A stretch of DNA of 64,000 nt, from positions 442,308,001 through 442,372,000 of the forward strand of contig OZ024740.1 of assembly GCA_964016885.1 (NCBI GenBank). The letters run 5' to 3'. Under the pieces are notes generated by a model. It worked only from the letters and a program-made list of their open reading frames with translations. It had not been told where the DNA came from and did not search any database. Numbering within the stretch: the first letter of the stretch is position 1; each line of letters begins with the position of its first letter. The translations under genes were made by a program, and so were the position numbers. Shown here in pieces: positions 1 to 14,284 of the stretch. Origin of the DNA: Eledone cirrhosa (lineage: Eukaryota).

Positions 1-215
1 TATTATCAAAACTGTCCAGGTGATTGGTAGTTACCATAATTCTCGTTTGTACTTATTTTCTTGATTTATTCTTAAATTGAGTCTGGCAAACCCTATTGTC
101 TATAGTTAGTATTCTCTTCACCTTAGCGAATCTGGACCCTTACGATTTGAACACGTATATGTATATGTCTGTGCTTTTCTTTCTTGTTCAATTATATATT
201 ATATATCTATATCTA

Positions 216-252
<37 letters not shown>

Positions 253-255
<3 letters not shown>

Positions 256-301
256 CCATATCGAGCCCGCTTCGGATTTTAGTCTTCATATTTATTATTA
301 C

Positions 302-302
<1 letters not shown>
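253..302 (+). mobile_element. 3'-terminal fragment of the Naiad-like PLE
   Basis: Reverse complement (taataataaatatgaagactaaaatccgaagcgggctcgat) matches the element terminus at ~12625-12670 and ~47110-47150; lies beside (TA)n. Confidence 0.7.
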
Positions 303-355
<53 letters not shown>

Positions 356-2906
356 CGTGTTTGTGTGTGTGTGCCTCTGCACGTTTTTGTGTGGTTGCTC
401 GTGTAAGGTTGTAAGATGTAAATCTCTTTTCTAAACCTGAAATCTTAACGATGTTATATTAATAGGTTTTGAAGTTCTTAGATAACTGCGACCTCTGTAT
501 TTCAAAATACATTTATTTATTCTAATTCCTGTCCAACTATTACCTCAAGATGGACGCCATCAATTTTTTTTTTTTATCCAGGAGTGTAAAATGTATTACT
601 TGTGACGCTGTCTAAAATTTTGTTTGAAAGTTAATGACTTTCTTGAACAATTGAATAAAAGTTCTCCAACTGATAATATCAAGTTTGAAGCATTTATACG
701 AAAAACTACTTAATTTCTCTGTTAGCAAATCACAGGAACCGTGGGATTGATATTCGAAACGAGTATTTTGATTTCTGACCGAATGGACTGACATTGCACG
801 AACTCCAGTGACCCCGAATTAATCACTTTTATATAATCGATATAAAATATCTGTCCACGGCTATGATTACTTGAACTTGTCGCTCGGTTCAGTTTACGTA
901 GCAGGTTACTTTAAATGTTGCATTACGTCTGAGTAAATATCTCTAAATAGAGAATTCTGTAACAAAAGCTGACGATTAAATGCCCGAGTGTGAGTGTAGT
1001 AGAGTGAACAGCGTAAAATATACGTCAGGTGGAGAGAAAACGTTGAAATGTAACTCGTATAATCTCAAATAACATATATGGACATCATATTACTATTAAC
1101 GAGAGATGATGACCTGGAACAGATGACGAAAAAGACGAAATATAAATAAAGATTAATTTTATATACTTTGACAAATCGGGACAAGTATAACATTATGGTG
1201 GAAGTTCGGCTTCAGACAGCAGTAAATTGTGTAAACTTATGCTGGCTCAGATATCATGCCTAAAAGGTTATGCCACTGATCGCATTGGGTTAGTCCCTTC
1301 AATTTCCCCAGTTGGGTTCGATGACCTTTTAGCTACAGTGTGTATCTTTATTGATGGATGGGGAAACGTTGCTTGATATCTCCCTTGGTCCCGCTGTGTT
1401 GATCCAATGACGTCAATGGATATATTCAGAGGGAATATGACATTCCAAAGCACCGCAATTATGAACCAAGAACGGTTAAAGTTTGACAGTAATAGCTGTT
1501 TTCATCATCCTGTATTTCGCTTAGAAAGACTTTGGCATAAATACATAATATAAAGTCATCTGTGACTGTCTAAATGTTAAATCTTTCCTAACAAATAAAG
1601 ATACAAACATTAGGAAAAATGCAATATGAAATTAGAAAACTTTTAACATGTTTACATAGAAAATTTCTATTAAAAAACTAAGGTAACTTAAACAATCGAT
1701 ATGCCATTTTGAAATATAGAACTGTATGATAAGGAAATACACTGATTGAGAAACACGTTCAGACTTGGTCTGCCGCCATTAGTTGGCAGTATCGGTAGAG
1801 GGCTGGACGCCATGCTTTGCAGCATAGTTACGTCCCTTTACGGTCTGAGTTCAAATCCCGTATATTATATTCTGCTGTTCGTTTCTTAAATTCAGTTAGA
1901 TAACATGAAAGGAGAAGATAATAGATTGTTTAATTCTTTCAAACTAGTTACAAATTCAAATTATAACAGCTCTCTTAAAATATTGTAAAATGCGGGTTCC
2001 AACTACAACACGGCTCCAACAGCTCAAAGGCAGCTCTAGGAAACCACAAGCCTGCCCAGCTAACTAACTTGCTTAGAACCGAAGAAATAGACACACCAGT
2101 CTTGTGTAATGTTGTCCTTTGCCACCCGGGTTCACGCCGACTATTCATATCACCAACTTTACACTGACTGTCTTTACCACACCACGACCTCAAACCTCTC
2201 TCGCTGCCATTCTCACACCAACTCCTTGCATTAGCAACTACACCGGTTTAAATGGTTTACCTTAAAAAAATCCCATGCATCATGCTTCAAATAAGTCACG
2301 GGATCCATTGTTCGTTTTTCCTCGCTTTGCTTTATAGATCTGTGGAGCAGTGTTTCGAATTCGAGTGATACCATTTGCAGCTGATGATTGACCTTAAAAT
2401 CTCCATAACAATATATTTTAAAATAATATTTTTATAATCCTTGTGTGATCTACAAAGCTATATATAATTATAGTAAAACCAATGTCATCCATGATACGGC
2501 GGTATTTAGATATTATTTTAATGTTTCACATAATTATATATTTTATATTATGTTCATATTGTTTTATTATTGTGTGTATTATTCAGATTTGTAGATGGCC
2601 ATTTAAAAATAAAATGACACTTTATTAAAGAAAGTTATTTTGAAAATCCATTTCATGCCATTGTAATGTCAGGACCCACTGGAAGGAGTGTTTGAGGACT
2701 CTGCCTCCACATCCCTCTCATAAATACGTGAGCAAAAAGAAGAAGAAGAAGAAGAAGAAGAAGAAGATATGCCAATGTTTGTTTCGACATTATGATGTAC
2801 CCATTACGAGATTTGTAATTGTAAAACATATGTATGATAGATATGATCTAAAATTACAAAATTCTGGCATTTTATCTGATTAGATTACAAATTACGCATT
2901 CTTATA

Positions 2907-2938
<32 letters not shown>

Positions 2939-2942
<4 letters not shown>

Positions 2943-3128
2943 AACCAGTAAGACCCCGACAGCTGAGCTCAAGCCGTTTCGACGGCTAATTCCAGAATTA
3001 GCCGTCGAAACGGCTTGAGCTCAGCTGTCGGGGTCTTACTGGTTCCTATTACCCACTCTACTACCTCAAGTATTGAGTACTTTGGTGCGTTATGGTCCAC
3101 CTGGTTCCTTACCACATTTCCTTCGTTA
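2939..3128 (+). mobile_element. Short (TA)n-embedded element with perfect 5' fold-back hairpin
   Basis: 2939-3048 is a perfect palindrome centred on aattc-ca-gaatt; (TA)n on both sides; homologous to 3828-4077 and 19773-19812. Confidence 0.8.
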
Positions 3129-3194
3129 TATATATATATATATATATATATTGACAGTCGATTGACTTTCGTCAAATCGGACCGAGGAAACATT

Positions 3195-3372
3195 GTTTCC
3201 ATTGGTCTTTTCAATTGCTAATACTATCTATCGGTCGCAACTCCAGGTAGAAGGAGCAACGTGAAATAAAGTGTCTTGCCCAAGGACATAACGCATCGCC
3301 CGGTCCAGGAATCGAACTCACAACCTCACGATTGAGAGTTCAATTCTCTTACCACTCAGCCACGCGCCTCCA
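3195..3372 (-). mobile_element. tRNA-derived SINE with CORE-like domain
   Basis: Minus strand: A-box-like tggctgagtgg, B-box gagttcgattcc, then tgtccttgggcaagacactttatttcacgttgctcc; copies at ~5230, ~26893, ~39078. Confidence 0.8.
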
Positions 3373-3475
3373 CCATATATATATTTCCAGTCTCAACAAG
3401 GAAGATGAAAAAACTTACCTCTTGATTTTAAATCTTTAATTTTTAGCTTTTAATTCTTATTAATTCTTTTAAATT

Positions 3476-3520
3476 AATTTGACAAGATGAATTTTTAGTA
3501 ATACATCGAAACCGGTAATA
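3476..3520 (+). ncRNA. Type I hammerhead ribozyme variant (U3-A8 core), weak stem I
   Basis: TTGACAA, stem II GATG..CATC, GAAA, palindromic CCGG, TA; stem I only ~2 bp. Confidence 0.5.
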
Positions 3521-3740
3521 CTTTATATACATTATATGCTATATATACTTTATATACATTATATACTATATATATTTTATATACTTTATATACATTATAA
3601 GACTCTTTTTTAAACAAATTGTCCCCCTCATTTTTTCAATAATGTCACTTTGACGATTCAAAGAAAGGAACAAATAAAGAAAAACAGACCCTAAAATATA
3701 TTTTCCGTGCTATTTCCAATCTCACCTTTTCTCTCTTTCT

Positions 3741-3827
<87 letters not shown>

Positions 3828-3830
<3 letters not shown>

Positions 3831-4077
3831 GAAGGAAGTGTGGTAAGGAACCAGGTGGACCATAACGCACCAGAGTACTCGATACTTCGGGTAATAGGAA
3901 TGGGTAATAGGAATGGGTTCAGGACCCCGACGGCAGAGCTCAAGCCGTTTCGACGGCTATTTCTGGAAATAGCTGTCGAAATGGCTTAAGCTCTGCCGTC
4001 GGGGTCCTGAACCTATTCCTATTACCCACTCTACTACCCAAAGTATCGAGTACTCTGCTGCGTTATGGTCCACCTGG
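3828..4077 (-). mobile_element. Second copy of the fold-back element family (imperfect palindrome)
   Basis: Arms ~3853-3964 and 3967-4077 centred on tatttc-tg-gaaata; homologous to 2939-3128; (TA)n on the left. Confidence 0.8.
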
Positions 4078-4379
4078 AATTTCGCGACAAATCAAGTAGT
4101 AATTGAAACATTTAAGTCAGCTACCAAAGAAATTCCAAGATTTCCCCCATTTTTGTACCCTACATTTCCTGAACCCATCGCTCTCCGGAACACAGCGGAT
4201 TTCTTCCAGAGAATAAAAAACAACTGAGTCCAAGTGTTTCACTGGTACTTTATTTAAATCAAAAAGACGAAGTTCAAAGTTGACTTCGGTGGGACTTGAA
4301 CTCAGAGAGCAGTGAGCCGGGACAAATATAGAGGCATCCTTAATTCGACGCCCCCACCTTGAGTCTGTCAATTCCTTTT

Positions 4380-4690
4380 TCCTGTAACCCCGTAACTCCT
4401 GCGGGAGTCGTAGGGGTGCCGCATTGACATACAGCGTTTCCAGGGCATTTTAAAAACCTGGCATAGCCCAACTTTCAATTTTTGAATACAGCAGATTTCT
4501 TGCAGAGAAGGATAGCGAATGAGAGAATGGAAGTGAGAAAGAGATATAAAGGAAGTATCGACCCCAGTACTAGACTGGTACCTTTTTATCGACCGTAAAT
4601 AGATAAAAGTTGATCTCGGTGGTATTTGATCTCAGTGAGAACAAAGCATTCTATCCGACGTTATAACGACTCTGCCAATTTACCTCCGTC
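4380..4690 (-). mobile_element. tRNA-derived SINE with Meta-like domain
   Basis: Family motif gttcaaat...gaggt..actttgcctttcatcc...gtcgataaaa..gtaccagt on minus strand; many copies in the window. Confidence 0.7.
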
Positions 4691-5229
4691 TTAATACATT
4701 GTATCGAGCTCAATTTATCTGTAGTCATTGGCATCTACATATGAGATGACTCGTTCAATGAATATCTTTATGATGCTTTACTGCTGAGCTGTACTGCTTT
4801 TCTGGTACCTACTTGAGGATTTAAAAGTCATGTCTTTTCACCATGGATGCACCACAGGGATAATGTTACGATACGAACTTCCAAACTTTCTGCTAAAAGC
4901 TTAGTTCCGTATCACCCCCGGCTATATATAATTATTTTTAAAAAATGATCTTTTATTTCTAGGATAAAGTTACATGAAAATAAAGAGTTTATAGAAAAAG
5001 AAAGAAGTATTGGAAAGGACTATAAATGCTATAAATGAGAGGAAAAGGAGGGAAAGGACTACTAGACAAAGGAAGAAACGAGGGAGGGGATAGGGTGACT
5101 GACTCTGGGTACCAATTGACGAATAAAGGGCAACAACCCGCTTCGGTAACGAATGTTTATGGGGTTTGTACCTCCGAAGCACGGGTAAGGTTGTTTGTGG
5201 AAGACCAGCAGTCTCCCCTTTCCACGCCA

Positions 5230-5425
5230 CCGGTGTCGTTCAAGAGAAAGGCAATGGCCGGTGCAGCTTGGCACCAGTGACGTCGCAATTCGTTTCTATA
5301 GCTGAGTAAAGTGGAGCAACGTTAAATAAAGTGTCTTGCTCAAGGTCACAACGCATCATCAGGTCCGATAATTGAACTCACAACCTCACGATTGCAAGGT
5401 CAACGCACAACCCCCTTAGTCATGT
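5230..5425 (-). mobile_element. CORE-like SINE, diverged
   Basis: gagcaacgttaaataaagtgtcttgctcaagg...gaactcacaacctcacgattg matches 3250-3340. Confidence 0.65.
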
Positions 5426-5529
5426 AATGTAGATATATTCAGCTTGCATGCATGGTCGCCTAACTCCTGACTGTCGTAGAGGCAATATATTGAAATATGG
5501 CTTTCTAAGGCATTTTTTAAACACGGTGG

Positions 5530-6755
5530 AGCCTATCCCTCTCCTGGTCCGAATATAGCAGATTTCTTCCAGAAAAGGATCGAGAGTGAGAGAGAGGAAG
5601 TGAGAAAGAGATATAGAGGAAGAATCGACCCAGTATTAGACTGGTACTTTTTTATCGACCTCGAATGGATAAAAGGCAAAGTTGACTTCGGCAGGATTTG
5701 AACTGAGAGAAGAGAACCGGAACGAATAACGCAAAGCATTCTATCCGATGCTCTAACGACTCTACTATTCTATCTGAAGTTCTAACGACTCTACCATTCT
5801 ATCCGACGCTCTAACCACTCTATCTGACGTTATAACCACTCTACCACTCTATCCGACGCTCTAACCACTCTATCTGACGTTCTAACCACTCTACCATTCT
5901 ATCCGACGCTCTAACCACTCTATCTGACGTTATAACCACTCTACCATTCTACCCGACGCTCTAACCACTCTATCTGACGTTCTAACCACTCTACCATTCT
6001 ATCCGACGCTCTAACCACTCTATCTGACGTTATAACCACTCTACCATTCTATCCGACGCTCTAACCACTCTATCTGACGTTATAACCACTCTACCATTCT
6101 ACCCGACGCTCTAACCACTATATCTGACTTATAACCACTCTACCATTCTATCCGACGCTCTAACCACTCTATCTGACGCTATAACCACTCTACCACTCTA
6201 TCCGACGCTCTAACCACTCTATCTGACGTTCTAACCACTCTACCATTCTATCCGACGCTCTAACCACTCTATCTGACGTTATAACCACTCTACCATTCTA
6301 CCCGACGCTCTAACCACTCTATCTGACGTTCTAACCACTCTACCATTCTATCCGACGCTCTAACCACTCTATCTGACGTTATAACCACTCTACCATTCTA
6401 TCCGACGCTCTAACCACTCTATCTGACGTTATAACCACTCTACCATTCTACCCGACGCTCTAACCACTATATCTGACTTATAACCACTCTACCATTCTAT
6501 CCGACGCTCTAACCACTCTATCTGACGCTATAACCACTCTACCATTCTATCCGACGCTCTAACCACTCTATCTGAAGTTCTAACGACTCTACCATTCTAT
6601 CCGACGCTCTAACCACTCTATCTGACGTTATAACCACTCTACCATTCTATCCGACGCTCTAACCACTCTATCTGACGTTATAACCACTCTACCATTCTAT
6701 CCGACGCTCTAACCACTCTATCTGACGTTATAACCACTCTGTTAATTCGCCGTCT
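5530..6755 (-). mobile_element. Meta-like SINE whose head is expanded into a minisatellite
   Basis: SINE body 5530-5765; the SINE 5' end (aattcgccg) resumes at ~6744 after the array. Confidence 0.7.
5752..6742. repeat. 50-bp minisatellite (29+21-bp subunits), ~20 copies
   Basis: Repeated ctctaccattctatccgacgctctaaccactctatctgacgttataacca; period 50 (e.g. 5881 vs 5931). Confidence 0.95.
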
Positions 6756-6769
6756 ATATTCAGCTTAAG

Positions 6770-6920
6770 GCTGCGAATTAGCAGAATTGTTAAAGTAAAA
6801 AACTTACTGCGAAATGTCCCGTTATGTTCTCAGTTCAAATCCTACCGAGGTAAGACTTTATCTTTCATCCTTTCCTGGTTGATATAACAAGTACCAGTAA
6901 CACTTTCGATTTCATCGATT
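6770..6920 (+). mobile_element. Meta-like SINE, diverged
   Basis: cagttcaaatcctaccgaggtaagactttatctttcatcc...aagtaccagt. Confidence 0.6.
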
Positions 6921-7282
6921 GTTATTTCCATATTTTCTGGCTGTATGCCAATGTCAGAATCAATAGAGACATGCGAAATACACAAAGTTTCAACTAAACG
7001 TTTGTCTACTCTGCGTCACTTTAGTGAGGAATTAAAACAAAATATCTAATGGGGAGAGTCGATAAAAGTTGGACAACATTCGAACTGATGAGATTGAAAC
7101 AGGAATGATCTTTAATCGTTGATCTCGTGATCTCTCGTTTTAGTCCAGAACATTCCTTCCCAGAGAGAATTTAAATGTTTACATATACCGTAGTCATTAA
7201 TATAATACTTCATAAATATATTTGCATCCCGTAGATATTTTCAACCCGTCTCTACACGAGTGAGAATATTTAGAAGTACATG

Positions 7283-7332
<50 letters not shown>

Positions 7333-7558
7333 CATAGATACATAGATACATAGATACATATATTTTAAGAGGCAAACAAACTTTCATACAAGATCACATA
7401 CTAACAGACACAAACAGAGACTGTCTTTGTAAAAAATAATATACAGTGTGTATATAGGAAGTTGTGAGCATGTGGGTATATATAGGAAGTTGTGAGCATG
7501 TGGGTGTATGAAACTATACCTAAACCAATGTGTCTGTCCCTTTGCGTATATGAATATG

Positions 7559-7609
<51 letters not shown>

Positions 7610-7627
7610 TTATATATATATATATAC

Positions 7628-7673
<46 letters not shown>

Positions 7674-7751
7674 CATATATATATACATCATATATGCATA
7701 TATACATATATATCATATATATATCATATATATACATATACATATATGATG

Positions 7752-7798
<47 letters not shown>

Positions 7799-8196
7799 AT
7801 AAGCTAGGAATTCTATTGAACCTTCTTGTACAGTTGTAAAATAGCACCGAATTAAAATTTTATCCTGCTTTATCTACGTTAGCAAACGTTTTTGTTGCGT
7901 GGATATCTCCAGGGTGGTGATATTTAGGGGGAGAGACTGAATAGAAGAGAAGGATAGGGAGACAGAGAGGGAGAGAGAAGGGAGAGAGATGGGAGGGAGA
8001 CGGGAGAGGGCGGAAGGGGAGAAGAGGGAGAAGGCAGAGATGGAGAAGGGAGGGGTGAATTAATGGCCAGTGTCCAGTGGTTTTGCCAAGGAACATCAAA
8101 AATAATTGATATATCTTAACTGATGCCATTGCTACATGGGAGAGAGTATATCTTTGGTGGAGAATTGAAATAATAGACTAAAAGAACGAGAGAGAG

Positions 8197-8249
<53 letters not shown>

Positions 8250-8544
8250 AGAGGGAGAAAATGTGAGAGAGAGGGAGAAAGTGTGAGATAGAGAGAGGAA
8301 GAGAGAGAGAGGGGGGGGAGAGAGAGAGAGGAAGACAGAGAGAGGAAAAGAGATGAAGATAGAAAGAGTGTGTATGTGTGTGTGAGAGTGAGAGAGTGTG
8401 TGTATGTGTGTATGTATGTGAGAGAGAGAGAGATAGGGAGAGGGAGAGAGAGAGAGAGGGAGATAGAATGATAGAGAGAGAGGGAGAAAGTAAAAACTTG
8501 TCTATTTTCTACGTAATACCATTTGTCAGTATCTATTTTATTAA

Positions 8545-9212
8545 CGTTCTTATTGAAGTACTGATGATGTAGTGGTGGTGGTGGTGGTGGTGGTGGTGAT
8601 AGTGGTGGTGGTGGTAGTGGTGGTGGTAGTGGTGGTGGTGGTGGTAGTGGTGGTGGTGGTGGTGGTGGTGGTAGTGGTGGTGGTGGTGGTAGTGGTGGTG
8701 GTGGTGGTGGTGATAGTGGTGGTGGTGGTAGTGGTGGTGGTAGTGGTGGTGGTGGTGGTAGTGGTGGTGGTGGTGGTGGTGGTGGTGGTGATAGTGGTGG
8801 TGGTGGTAGTGGTGGTGGTAGTGGTGGTGGTGGTGGTAGTGGTGGTGGTGGTGGTGGTGGTGGTGATAGTGGTGGTGGTGGTAGTGGTGGTGGTAGTGGT
8901 GGTGGTGGTAGTGGTGGTGGTGGTGGTGGTGGTAGTGGTGGTAGTGGTGGTGATGGTGGTGGTGGTACTGGTGGCGGTAGTGGTGGTCGTGATGGTGGTG
9001 GTAGATGGTGGTGGTGGTGGTTGTGGTGGTGTTGATGGTGATGGTGATTTGGGTGATGATGGTGGTGATGGTGATGGTGATGATGGTGGTGCTGACGGTG
9101 ATGATGGTGGTGCTGACGGTGATGATGGTGGTGATGGTGGTGATGATGGTGGTGGTGATAGTGATGATGGTGGTGATGGTGGTGATGATAGTGATGATGA
9201 TGGTGATGATAG
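8545..9212. repeat. (GGT)n/(GAT)n compound trinucleotide repeat
   Basis: Directly visible; produces the poly-V and poly-H ORF artefacts. Confidence 0.95.
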
Positions 9213-10072
9213 TTACCATTTCTCTATTAGCCACCAGGACCTCTATATAGAATACAATAGACATCAGAAATGTAGGGGTTATACTGTAGGACTAAATACT
9301 GCTGGACAGTGTTATATAAACCAATGTAGAACTAAAGACTGCTGGCTAGTGTTATATAAACCAATGTAGGACTAAATACGTTATACAAGAGACACAAGAA
9401 AACACAATAATTAGCGCGAGATATAATGTATGAAAAACATTTAGGGTTGCCACTTCCCACATAAACAGATGGGAAGTCACGTGTTTAAGCAAGTAAGAGT
9501 AACCCCCCCCCCACATTTCTTCTCGAGTACTATGTTTTATATATTTCCCGGGATCACCTAAATATGTGTGTGTGTGTGTAAATGTAAACTTTTATAAATG
9601 GCGACCAGTAAACTGGAAAAGATACCTGGAAAATTGCTGTATTTTGTGGTGCGAATATCTTGACAAACTGAAATATTTTCGAAACTGTCAATAATATAAT
9701 CGCTAACATCCAATTCACTATAGACTTTAGTAACGACAACCTCCCTGTTTAGACATACCAATGACACAATGAAGCAGACAATTAGAAACTGATATATATT
9801 TTAAATCCTGTAGGCTGCCGGCAATATCGCCTTTTTTTATATCTTCTTACTCAATACAAACCCAGACAACAATTCCATTCAATTTAGTTAAGCCTACTCA
9901 ATAGTATTAAGCCCATCCACAAGAGTCTACAAAGTAGAAGAGATGACACCAAATATTCAAAAAATATCCTCTTTAATAGTATTTAAAAACCAAAACAAAT
10001 TAACATCCTGGCACTCCGAAAAACAAAACACTAAAAGAAAAAAAGGATGATACCATATATTTCAACTTTAAT

Positions 10073-10352
10073 ACAAAAAACACCGTAATCTAACACATAC
10101 AACTAACCTTGCTTAGTCTACAATAGGACAAAAACACCGTAATCTAACACATACAACTAACCTTACTTAGTCTACAATAGGACAAAAAAACACCGTAATC
10201 TAACACATACAACTAACCTTACTTAGAATACAATAGGACAAAAACATCGTAATCTAACACATACAACTAACCTTACTTAGAATACAATAGGACAAAAACA
10301 TCGTAATCTAACACATACAACTAACCTTACTTGGTCTACAATAGGGCAAAAA
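10073..10352. repeat. ~55-60-bp tandem repeat, ~5 copies
   Basis: caaaaacaccgtaatctaacacatacaactaaccttacttagtctacaatagga repeated. Confidence 0.95.
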
Positions 10353-10689
10353 ATGAAAAAGGTTTTATCAGATTATAAAAAGTAAAAGAGAGGCAAAATC
10401 ACTGAAAAAATATTGATGACTGCAACACTACATACCTTAAGTTCTTGCAGTCAGAAAATATAACTAACCAAATATTAGAACTTGCTGATAATTATCAGAA
10501 GACCCCTATGAACAATACATTGGTCATATGTTTATGTATCTATATATTTCAGTGTCGTCTACCTCTGGTGGTAGGGTCTGTACCGTATATAGAACTCAAT
10601 GTAATCTGATGGCGAGTAATCCAGTGAAATCCATAGAGAAGTTCCGTGTTCCGCTGAGTCAATTCCTTAGATACAGAGTCAGATATTAC

Positions 10690-10808
<119 letters not shown>

Positions 10809-12222
10809 GTATTAAATTAACAATGAAAATAATAGCAACAAAGTCGAGTTATTTTACCTATTCATATTGTTTTACGATCGTTTCGGAGGGTTGATCATAT
10901 TGGCATATTGTCTGATCTATAGCAGTTATATGACATAATTCTATTTTAGAAGGTTTTATTAAGTAATGCTTTAAATATCGGTTTACTACTAAAAAACATC
11001 CATATTTTATTAAATTCCTTCAAAGTTTTAATATAGATATTGGATACACCTAGGCAGGCTATCTGATTAGAAATACGACAAAGAAAGGTTAAAACAGGCT
11101 AATTTCATAAATAAATTATACTAACATTTTAACAATAACCTCTTCCCTCTCATATCACAACATATCTATGTAGATCATATCTAAATCCAGTCGACATTCT
11201 CTTCTGATAAAGTATTTTTAAAGCCAAAATATCGAAATATAAATTATTGTGAAACACGTTTTATTTTGGCCTCACTTTATTATTTTCACTTTATTATTTA
11301 CATTGTAGTGACTTTCTAAAACACTTTTAAATATGTTTGATAATCCTTGATATAAAGTATACGGGTCTATTATATAAGATGGACTCTCTCGTCGTGTTCG
11401 ACCCATGAGGGCCAAAAGATTTTAGTATCCCTTTACACCATATTCTAGTGTTTGTGTTTTCTGTAGCCTAATTCGAAGGTAGATTTGACCCTCCACCCTG
11501 TTTAACACCACTAACTGGTGTTTACGTGCCTTAAATGGAATCCACTTTGTTGCAAGTATTTGGACCAGATCTCGCCTATTACCAGTTCGGCTGCCCTGGA
11601 AATTATCAAAGGTTGTCCTATTTTGCTCGAGTAAACTGTGAAAAAATAAAACATCGATCCTCTATACAGTTGGATATCATCTGGTGTATTTGGGGTAACG
11701 GTGTGTGCAATGTTTGACTAAACAACACATGCATAAGACTGTTTTATCAAGTTTGGTTTGCAGCATGACATAATTGTGAACATATAAGTACTACAGAAAT
11801 CCCTTTACAACGATATTCAAATATTCATGTCATTGAAGGACCTAATTATTGTCAAGATTAGAACTATTAATATGGAGTATAGAAACCATCTTATATAGTC
11901 GAGGAGTAGGATGCTATTATTATGGTAAGTCAGCAAGTTCTAGTCCCAGCTATGACTAGTTCTTATCACTTATGCTCCAAGGTTTATCGAAATATAATTA
12001 GAATCAAACAAAAACATTAAAAAGGAGAAGTCAACCCAAATATGAACGCCATAACTGTCATCATCTTTGAAAATTGGTTGGCATATTCCTTAGTTGATCA
12101 ATATTGCTGACATTGGACTATCAATATAACATATAGATGTTATTGCAGCTGTGGAAAATGTAGTTAACACTGTCTATACATCGCTCTCTCTCTCCTCTTT
12201 ATATCTTTTTCTATCTTTCTCA

Positions 12223-12266
<44 letters not shown>

Positions 12267-12350
12267 CTATACTATCCGGGAGCTTCCAACAGTAATGGTC
12301 GCATTCTTTAAGGGTATGTCAATATTTATTTATAAAACTGGTCTATATTA

Positions 12351-12415
12351 TATTTTATCTGATGAATGCGCACCATAATTTAACTTGGTGTCCTTGAAAT
12401 ATGTATAATGAAATA
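12351..12415 (+). ncRNA. Type I hammerhead ribozyme in a short (TA)n-flanked element (~12265-12455)
   Basis: Stem I tattttat/atgaaata, CTGATGA, stem II ..gcacca..tggtgt.., GAAA, stem III TATGTA, predicted AUA cleavage; homologues at 37217 and 58549. Confidence 0.8.
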
Positions 12416-12484
12416 AATATGGTTTTATAAATATAGTTTCCATTTGTTAATATCGTATATATACATATATATACATATATGTAT

Positions 12485-13555
<1,071 letters not shown>

Positions 13556-14251
13556 ACAATATTTATACAAACTATCAGAGGGAATATACATACCTACACA
13601 TATATATGCTGTCTTCAGAAATAATGATATTTGTTTATTGAAAAAAACAAAGATTCAATACAATAGGTCTGTTTGGGAACAGGTTTTGAATTGACCAATC
13701 AGGAGATAGTGAGGGTCAAGATAGTAATATAGTAGTAGAAGAACCTTAAATTATGGGTAGAGGAAGGTAGATTTCAGTTTTGGATGGAAAAGAATATTAT
13801 GAATGAAGGATAATTTTAGGGAAGAAATAGGTCTTATGCTGACCTCAGAAATAATTTTATTTGTTCATTTGTTCATAAAATTATTTCTGAGGTCAGCATA
13901 AGACCTATTTCTTCCCTAAAATAATCCTTCATTCATAATATTCTTCTACTACTATATTACTATCTTGACCCTCACTATCTCCTGATTGGTCAATTCAAAA
14001 CCTGTTCCCAAACAGATCTATTGTATTGAATCTTTGTTTTTTTCAATAAACAAATATCATTATTTCTGAAGACAGCATATATATGTGTAGGTATGTATAT
14101 TCCCTCTGATAGTTTGTATAAATATTGTACATAGATCTATAGAATATGCATACCAACTCTAACACATATATATCCTAGAAACGATCGTAAAATGATGAAT
14201 TTTTTTTAATATAAGGAACTGTTTCTTTGTTTATTCATTATTTTATTAATT

Positions 14252-14253
<2 letters not shown>
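13556..14253 (+). mobile_element. HHR-bearing element with inverted 5' duplication
   Basis: 13556-13860 is the reverse complement of 13875-14128 (the right arm lacks ~50 bp); ends in (TA)n; homologue at 36099-36300. Confidence 0.85.
14058..14197 (+). ncRNA. Type I hammerhead ribozyme with long stem II
   Basis: Stem I cattattt/aaatgatg, CTGAAGA, ~105-nt stem II (atatatatgtgt/acacatatatat; gtatgtatattc/gaatatgcatac), GAAA, palindromic CGATCG, GUA. Confidence 0.8.

Positions 14254-14284
<31 letters not shown>

Noticed and set aside
1990-2230. Weak resemblance to Gypsy pol
   Set aside because: Stops present and too few conserved residues to support a call
3290-3372. tRNA-like A/B boxes
   Set aside because: SINE head, not a complete tRNA cloverleaf
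7384-7807. Many ORFs rich in YI, CV, HT or ER repeats here and throughout the window
   Set aside because: Translations of (TA)n, (TG)n and (GA)n microsatellites
8533-9369. Poly-His and poly-Val ORFs (also 54836-55522)
   Set aside because: Trinucleotide repeat open in several frames on both strands; no domain or splice support
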